From positions 13,640,001 to 13,704,000 of the forward strand of contig CP075495.1 in NCBI GenBank assembly GCA_021613535.1: a stretch of DNA of 64,000 bases, written 5' to 3'. Both the position numbers and the translations under genes were made by a program. Every line of letters begins with the position of its first letter. Positions within the stretch are counted from its first letter, which is position 1. The DNA comes from Adineta vaga. Taxonomy: Eukaryota; Animalia; Rotifera. Below are positions 55,521-64,000 of the stretch, piece by piece. A model generated the notes under the pieces. That model did not search any database. It was not told the DNA's origin and saw only the letters and a program-made list of their open reading frames with translations.

Positions 55521-57907
55521 TTAAGAAATAATTGAATTTCCACACATTTTAAATCGTTCCACATTATCTAAATCTGGTTTTTTATTTGGATTTGTCGATG
55601 ACGATGATGATGATGAGGAAGATGCAGTAAATACAATTCCTTCATCTTTATTGGTGATTGTTGAAAATGTTGTTGAACTATTATTATTATTCGTATTTTC
55701 ATTCATTGTGAAAACAGATGTAGAGACTTTCGAAAAGTTTGGTGTTGGTGGACAATTTTGATCATTTATTAAACATTGATAATTATCATCAGCATCACGG
55801 AATGATGTTTCATTTAATTCATCTCCACCATCAACTGCTGGTAATGTTGGTGATTCAGATGGTCGTATCTGGTTAACTAATTCATTTAAATGTACAAGAC
55901 TAACACTACGTGTATGTGTTTTCTCCAATGGTTGTGGTGCTGATAGGATCAAATCAGCAGTTGTCGTTGGATCAACAGTCGTTGTCGTCGTATTTATCAC
56001 TTGTTCTTTGATCGATACTGAACTACCCATATTATCTTTTCGGTTATTATTAACATATTCACAAGAGATACCCAATAGAATTGTACCAACAACAGTTTTT
56101 GTTGCTAATAGACTGAAAACAGAAAAGTAAATTCAAAATTAGAGGAATACAATTAATTTTTACCAGAAAAATGCTAAGATTACATTAATGACTGATAGAC
56201 TTGTTTTTATATTGACTGTTTGAAAAAGTACACCGAATACTAAACATGCAAATGGTAATGGTATAAATCCTAATCGACGACTAAGTAAATCTGTATAATC
56301 CGATAAAGCCTAAGAAAAGAAGAAAAAATAAATAAACAAAATCATCAAAGAAGGCAATATCATCTTACAATATCTTGTTTAGTTTTTACCATATCATGAG
56401 CTAAACTTAATGTATATTCTCGATAAACTTCTGATGAAAGTTCATTAAATTTCAGAATAAAACCATGTTTAACCCAATCAACAAAAAATTCCACAACAAA
56501 AACTACAACAATAAAATCAATCAATGGCCAAAATTGACTCATATCCCAATCGAATTGATCAAGATTTCGTACACAAACAACAAATAATAGAATCACATAA
56601 TGAAAACGTTCTCGACAATCACTACATGATAATTGAAATAGATTATTTCGATCGAATTTTTTAAAGACACTATGTTTTAATTCAATAAACTAAAAAAATA
56701 AATGACATATTCATTCAAATAGACAAGTCTAACTTACATTATTCGTTAGCATTATAATTAATAACATTTTATTTTGAGAATTAAATGCAACATTAAGAGT
56801 TATTGCTTGAAGAAGAACAAGTATAGCATGAATAGCTAGAAGAAAAAGCAGAGTTGAACAAGATTTTGAATCTATTTCAGTAATAGCCTATCACTTACTA
56901 CAATAAACAATTGCAATAATTAACCACAGAAGTAACTTTCCAGCACTATGTTTACGACGAGGTTCAGTTGCAGTCCAATAAACTGCATCGAGTGTATCTT
57001 GACCAAATGAAGACAACAATCGATCACATACCTTTGCAATAATACACTCGTTTTGAAATGATTGTCTTCAAAAATAATTGACTTACTTCGAGCATATTGA
57101 AAAACATGTAGAGTTTAATTGCAGCTTGAGCACGAACTGTATGATAAACGACTGAAATATCCATGAAGCACATTGGAACAGCACAACCAATAACTACCAA
57201 GCCTTTGACAATATCAATAATTTGTGCTGGTTCACATAGACGATGACTAGAAGATAGAAAAGAAATCATTTAATAAAACGATCAATGAACGTTTCTTTTA
57301 TTTACGGTTTTGAAGTTTGAAATCGACATAATGTAGAAATAGCTTGTATCAATGCAAGAGTAATACGTATTGGTAAATATGTCCATACATATAAAAAAGT
57401 ATCCAAACATTGACAAAATCCATAAAGCATAAACTAAAATTTATAAAAAAACAAAATAAAAGTCTTTTTTTAAATACAACGATACAATGCATCTGTAATA
57501 TATTTGTATCTTTACTCGAGTGTAGCTGCAAGTAGTTGTTTACTTCATCTACTACAGTTGTTCCTCAATGATATAATTTAATATTGCGAAAAATTATACA
57601 ACTTAATTTTCAATGAATAGAAAATCAAGTTAATCCAACGTATTCTTCGCTTTTTATTAACATTGAAAATAAAAATTTTCATTATACCTTTTCAAGACTT
57701 GATGACATTAAAAGAAAGTTATATATTCTTTCTCGTTTTTCAAGATATTTTTGTTCTTCACATTCGAGCATATAATCTCGAGTAAATTCAGCTTGAATAA
57801 AACGCCAAAATGAAAATGGAACTATGAATAAAATCAGTAGATTTTTTAAATAGAAGAACTTTTTTTCTTCACAAACCTTTTCGACCAGTCGACATTGTTT
57901 CGGCCAT
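55521..57907 (-). CDS. TAPT1: Transmembrane anterior posterior transformation protein 1 (TAPT1/Emp65)
   Basis: LEKFMLYGFCQCLDTFLY, YHTVRAQAAIKLYMFFNMLEVCDRL..FGQD, NNFIELK.SVFKKF, VDWVKHGFILKFN, RRLGFIPLP. Confidence 0.95.
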
Positions 57908-58130
57908 TCTTTCTAACGTAGTATAATGAAGATAAATTATAAGAGACAACAAACAGCTGTAGTAGCATCATGTGCGCCCTCATTCATTTAATTGTACGTT
58001 CTGCAATATGATTGGTGCAATGGAAATACGAATCGTATGCTTCATTCTCTCTTTGTGTCAAAACGAAAAGAAACGAAGATTATTCCAATAGTTATTTACG
58101 AAGGAAAAAGTCTTTGTTTTTGCACAACAA
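57908..58130. promoter_or_regulatory. Compact bidirectional promoter region (TAPT1 / QSER1-like)
   Basis: Divergent ATGs 223 nt apart; ATTGG (CCAAT box) at ~58011. Confidence 0.5.
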
Positions 58131-61100
58131 ATGTATGGAAATATCATTCCGTTGACAACAGTTGGTGCTGCTCAGGTATTACAAAATAATGTTTTACAAA
58201 CGACTACTAATGGTGTACCATCGAATGCAGTAGGAAATAATGATTTTGTTATTATACAAGATACAACAACAGCAACAAGTCAAGCTGAATTAATAAATCA
58301 ATTACAAAATCATATTACTGAAAATCAACAAATTTTGATTATTACAGATGATCAAGGACAAGATCAATGTAAAAAATATTATTAATTTCTTTTGAATTTC
58401 TACTTAGTTATATTTGAATTTTTCTAGATGTTATTATTGATAAAGATCAAGATATCAATGCACTTTTACAAGATGGTAAGATTTAATTTCTGAAGGAAAA
58501 TTTATATCAGTTCAAAAATGATGATGACTTTAATCAAGAACGGATAGATGAAATATTTCATGAATAAAACCCAATACACATTACTACTATTTCACTGATT
58601 TGAACTGATCATTTACATTTTTTAAAGATATTTATTCGTTTATCTCATCAGTAAAAGAAGATTTCTGTTATTATTTTTGAATATTTAGGTTCTTTATTCA
58701 ATCATTATACTGATCAACAACAAATGGCTCAAGTTCCAAATGGTTTACAACAACAAATTTTACAAATTGCGTCCATGCCAACTCTTCAAACAACACATGT
58801 TCCAACAGTTGTTTCAACACCTGTCCCTATTCAACCAAAACCAACTCCAAAAGCCATTGCACCTGCTACTATGAATCCATCAATTGTTCCACATAAACAA
58901 TCATTTCAAAGCAAAGTAGAAAATAAATGAAAAAAAAACTTTATTTTGACAATTGATTGAATATATCTCATAGGTAAATGCAAATGCATTCCATGCTCAA
59001 AATGTTGAAGAATCAGTTCAACGTGTTACAGCTCCACCACCTAAACGAAAGCCAAGTACGAAATATCTCCTTTTTTGCTTCCTTTATTCCATCAAAAACT
59101 TCCATCATTTTCTTTCAGTTGAAATACATTATGATCCAAAAGAAAATTCTTTTCAAAATGTTTTCTTAAAATTTCTTGCTGGTGAAAAACTTCCATCATT
59201 AGAAGCTTTAGCGAATGAATCTATCATGCGCAAACCAAAAGATAATATTTATATCGGTTCAGTCAATGCTGGTATCGTTCTTAGTTCACTTGGACAACCA
59301 ACTGGTACAATGGGTTATCAAACATATATGGTTAATGATGAATCACGTATTGAAGAAATCATGGTCATTGGTCGACCTTTATATGATGATAGTAAAGGTG
59401 TCAAAGTCAATCCATTATTAAAAAATCTTCCTACAAATACAAGTGCTAATCAAGCAACTGCATTCCTACCACAAACAATAACATTAACACCAAATACCCA
59501 ACAAAATATCAATGCATTGACGGGTTTATTTCATAATGGACAAACTGTACCAACTCTTCTGAATAATTCGGTAAGACGAAAGTTATTTTTCGATATTAAT
59601 AATTTCATTTTAAACATATTTATTAGACAACGATAACTTTATCACAAGATATACTCAATCAATTAGCTGCTGGAACGTTAACCGTGTCATCAGCATCGAA
59701 TGGAACGGAAGGTATTGAATCAGCAACAGCATCAGCGGCTGCAATACTAAGTCAATTGAATGAAATGGTTCAGGGTCAACAACAACAGCAGCAGCAGCAG
59801 CAAACAAATCAAAATACTATCAATGATATGCATAGAGTACAGAATGAAAAGGTAAATATTGTCTTTTATATTTCCAGATGGATGGATTGATTCGCTTTTC
59901 TTATTTAGGATACTGCTGATGCATTATTAGCTGCAGCAATTTCAAAAACTAATTTTGGTTCAAATCACTCAAGTATGATATATGGAGAGAAAAAAACAGG
60001 TTTAAATTAGGAAGAGTTATTCTATTTAGATGGACAATCAGACATGTATCAACAATCATCAACAGCTCAAACAAATAATGCAAAGTAATTTTTATTTGCT
60101 TAACAATACTATATGTATATATATGTACATATTCGATTGGTTTGTCTAGTTCTTTATATGATATGAAAAACGAACAAGTAGCATCAACTGATAATAAACA
60201 ACAGGAATCAGCAGTATCAACAACAACCGACCAATCAATTGCTGCTAATTCTGCCACCGCCGACGGAGGACATCAGTTTGGCGAGGGAGGTAAAAAAAAT
60301 AATTGTTTAATTTTTCTTCTTTTAATATTAAAATTCTTTGATAACAGAAACAACCAGAAATTCCATTTGAACTTGGACAATTCTTGTTATACAAAGGTCA
60401 TTTCCTTAATTTACTTCATTTTCCAATATGGAAAGTTCATACGAAAACACTTTTACTTAAATATGATACTGTACTTGCTGATTCTGAAATTGCATGGGAA
60501 GCAACTGATGAAGTAAGACATCGACAATTAATATATTTTTATACTGATCATATTTTCTCTAGGGAATGTTCTATACAAATGTCTATGAAGATTATATTCC
60601 ACTTAAATGTGAACTAAAAGGTTTACATAATAATCAAGAAGTTGTTCGAATTGTAAATGAATCACATCCAATCAAACTAAAGTAAAATACATTGAAAGAA
60701 AAGAAACATTTTATTCGATTCTCTTGTAGAATTCATGGTCATATGAGTTCAGTTCGTATTCAACATGATGTTTATGCTCAAGTACTTGTGAATCATGTTT
60801 ATGATGCTGATGTATTACCAAGAATTAAAGCTAACACTGGTAGAATTCGTTTTATTTTAAATTTTGCTAAAAAGAAAATCAAGTCTCTTTTAGATGAATA
60901 TGCAACATATATTCGATTGATTGATGAAATTCTTGAACAACGTTATAATTATGTTATTCAATCTAGACGTACAATAGAAACATTTCCAGTAAGTTCATTT
61001 CAAAGCTTTGTTTTCATAAATTTATTTCCTTTTTATATAGTGTGCTGTGGCTAAATATCCATTACTTGATATAATTGAACAACCACAAAGACAATTGCAT

Positions 61101-61692
61101 TGTCAAGTAAATTTCAGAATAAAATTTCAATAAAGAAACTTTTTCGTTCAGGTCACTGAAGATAAATCACAAGCAGTTTCACATACACTTCGTTTTCATG
61201 GAAATCAATATGATGTTGATACCTTAAAAGCAAGTGAAACACCTCTACAAACACTCGTAAGATACAACTCATTTCTCGAATAATTCTCAACAGAGATCTT
61301 TATTTTTGTTATTAAGGAAATCTTCGTATGCGAAAATATAGCTGCTTTAGCTCAAACAGCTCATCAACTCAAACATCATGTCTATCATATGTTTTGTCAT
61401 GCTCAACAAAAAGTAAATTATCAATACCAATTCTGTATTGAAATGTTTCTAAACGTCTCCTTTTCTTCAGGTTGCAGAATTACAAGCATTGAATCCAACT
61501 GCTGATGCAACAGAATTAATTAGCGCTATATGTGGTGATACAGCATGGTTACAAGAAGTAAGTTGTTTTTTCATCAGACTATTCATTCTTCTATATATTT
61601 CTCTTTCTTCTTTCTAGTTATTTGATCGATTTGATTCTATAATGCGTCAAGCTGATACATATATTTTTTCCAATGTTGATATAGCATGGTAG
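58131..61692 (+). CDS. Gln/Thr-rich protein with a C-terminal DUF4211-like domain (QSER1/PRR12-like)
   Basis: Many short exons. FQNVFLKFLAGEK, PIWKVHTKTLLLKY, VYAQVL..., DEYATYIRLIDEIL and HQLKHHVYHMF resemble QSER1/PRR12 conserved blocks as recalled. Confidence 0.6.
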
Positions 61693-62138
61693 AATGACCT
61701 ATTACGAAATGATTTACTAGATTTGTCTCGAACACTAGTCATAACTTTCCTGAAAATATACATATCAAGATCTTCTCTCTTCTCTCTCTGTCTCTCGCTT
61801 TGTATATGTATGTATTCAATTTTGTTTTGTATACATTATGTAGTGTAACTATTTCAAAGTTGTTCTTTACATGCTTTTGCTCGTTTATACGGAGCGTTTA
61901 TTATTGTATAAATCTAGAAAATGTTTTCACTATATCATCTGTAATGAACATTCTATTTTGAGATGATATAGATAAATATCTTCGAAGGAACAAAATTCAA
62001 ATGAATTTCAACAAGAAAACTGATCAAGAGATAGTATATATAATTCGACTGAATTAATGATTCTTTTTTTTTCTTCTATTCTTATATGAAAGAATTGCCC
62101 TTGAATACAATGAAATTACAAATATCGTCTGTTTATAA

Positions 62139-62749
62139 TTAGATATCAAATGGACTGGCAATTTTTGCCAAAGTTGGATCATGTAAACAACCATCAATGA
62201 ATTCTTGTTTAGTTAAAACTTTATCACGATTTTCATCGAAAGAAAGCATCAAAGTTTCTACATATGTCTTCGCTTCTTCTTGAGATAAACCAACAATTCG
62301 ACAGATAATATTTAGAATTTTTTCTGCTTCTTTCTTTTCAATCCGTTCATTTTCATTGATATCGAATACTTCAAATGCATATTCAAATTTCTGTCGCGTA
62401 GTTCCTGTTGTTGTCGCAATATAAGCAAGAAGAAATTCATTAAAATCAATTGTACCTAAATGAAACGAAACTATTCGAATTAAATTGAATGAAATGAACA
62501 ACATTTACCAGAATGATCAGTATCAAATGCGCGAAAAAGATGATCAGTAATTTGTTCTAATTTCGGATTTTTTCTTAATTTTGTATAAAATAATTGAAAT
62601 TGTCGTTTATTCATTCGATCTGTTTCATCACTTTCAATATGAAAATCGGCATACCATTTACGAATTTCATCTTCAGTTTTACCACTAAGTTTAACTAACA
62701 ATTGTACATCTTTGTCATTAAAAACACGTGCAGTTTGTTGATTTCCCAT
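62139..62749 (-). CDS. Neuronal calcium sensor (recoverin/hippocalcin family) EF-hand protein, 2 exons
   Basis: Myristoylation start MGNQQT; EF loops FDTDHSGTIDFNEF, AFEVFDINENERIEKKE and FDENRDKVLTKQEFIDGC. Confidence 0.9.
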
Positions 62750-64000
62750 GTCTCTATATTTTCTTGGTAAGAAACTTTTATGATACTCTTACATTCATCA
62801 CATGCGATAGTGTATAATGTAACTATTTACTTTACATTTTCGTCATTTTTTCTTCGTTATAGAACAACTACAAAAAAGAAGAAAAGAAAAATACAGAACG
62901 ATTAACAGATATTAGTATATGTATGCTTTGCCTTTGAATATAAGCGTTCTATTGACTAGATATTATATTTATTTGTTAGACATTTCATATGTTGTTTTTG
63001 TTGAATTACGTATTAAAAAAATATTTTAGAAAGAAATGATATTTGAATATCAAATTGAATGGTCAAAATGACATTTGCCAGGCACGAGACAATTGTTAAT
63101 TGTTAAAACGTTTTCATCTACTTCTTTTTCTTATTAAAATAATAACTTAGACAAGAAAAGAGTTGAAGGAAAGTTTTGTTGACAATCCATGTACATACAT
63201 ACACACACACACAGTAGAGGATGAAAAAAGCTTGTAAGAAAGTGAAATTTCATTTTCTTTTTGTTTTATTTTATTTCAAAACTACCTCCGCTTCTTTTCC
63301 TCCGGCATTCATATACATCACAGTCAATTAAGCAGTGCACTCCAACTGGATTTCGTCTTTTTCTTCTTAGATATCCTATATAACTTTGAATCTTATTGTT
63401 TTCCTTTCATCCGTCGACAGGCTTGTATGCTTCGATTGTGTCCTCGAAAAAAAGGTTTACTCTCTTTTCTTTTTTTATTCGCTTCGCTTTTTTTTTCATC
63501 AACATACATAACGAAAAAGCACGGAAAGAAAGGAAACGAAAACGCACTCAATACGTATACTTCCCGCTCACATTTTTGCATTTATGTATGTGCTTTGCAA
63601 AGAAATCAACAGACAGAGAAAAAAGAGAGAAAAAGACCGAAAAAAACGAAGAACAACCCTTTAAAAGCTAGGGCGCGCATACACGGATGCTTGACGATGA
63701 AAGAAATACGAAACGAATTGCATGAATACAATCACCATCAACGGGAAGAGAGAAAAAAAACCTAGATAAATAATCGTATGAAAAACAAAACTACTATCAA
63801 TCGTTGATTGTTTTAAAGTGTGAGAAAATTACGCAGATACTCGTGTATGCTCGATCCATAATCCGAGTGGAAATAACGAAAAAAAAATGTCAGGACTGAA
63901 TTGGCTACAGGGATGTAATCGTTTTCAGTCTTTGTTATTGTTGTTGTTCTTGTTGTTGTTATTATTGTTTTTTGTCGAGTAGTGATCGCCACAAATCTTT

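Noticed and set aside
63393-63765. Short ORFs at the window end
   Set aside because: Low-complexity purine/pyrimidine tracts with no recognisable domain or exon structure.
63908-63920. CAGGGATGTAA, identical to the start of the 5418-5690 MITE TIR
   Set aside because: The match ends after 11 nt, and no partner TIR or TSD can be seen before the window ends.

Overview
AT-rich eukaryotic DNA with many very short (~50-65 nt) GT-AG introns. It is most likely from a bdelloid rotifer (inferred from intron size, gene density and the lineage-typical F-box and B-box families; not proven). The window has two zones. (1) About 1-15 kb is an accessory, transposon-rich zone: hAT and piggyBac-type MITEs with clear TSDs, a non-autonomous Helitron, a multi-exon F-box gene, and a lesion-bearing chimeric gene in which a WDHD1/Ctf4 N-terminal half is spliced in frame to a CheD/NTAN1/CNF1-type Cys-His deamidase-like domain. 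(2) About 15.5-63 kb is densely packed with conserved genes: B-box protein, WDR13, TEDC2-like, a Gly/Tyr-rich peptide, USP36/42, RER1, FEN1 with an antisense p62/SQSTM1 nested in an intron, a divergent cyclin, MGST3, ATP6V0E, NSF, GNPAT, DTYMK, CEP95, ZFAND4, RPS23, a fungal-like mitochondrial LEA/apolipoprotein-like gene, TAPT1, QSER1-like and an NCS protein. The most notable signals are head-to-tail gene runs with 31-195 nt gaps and splice acceptors just upstream of the ATG (candidate SL-trans-spliced operons), the Ctf4-deamidase chimera, and a candidate horizontally acquired fungal gene. Exon boundaries and gene names come from manual reading and recalled family motifs, not database searches.
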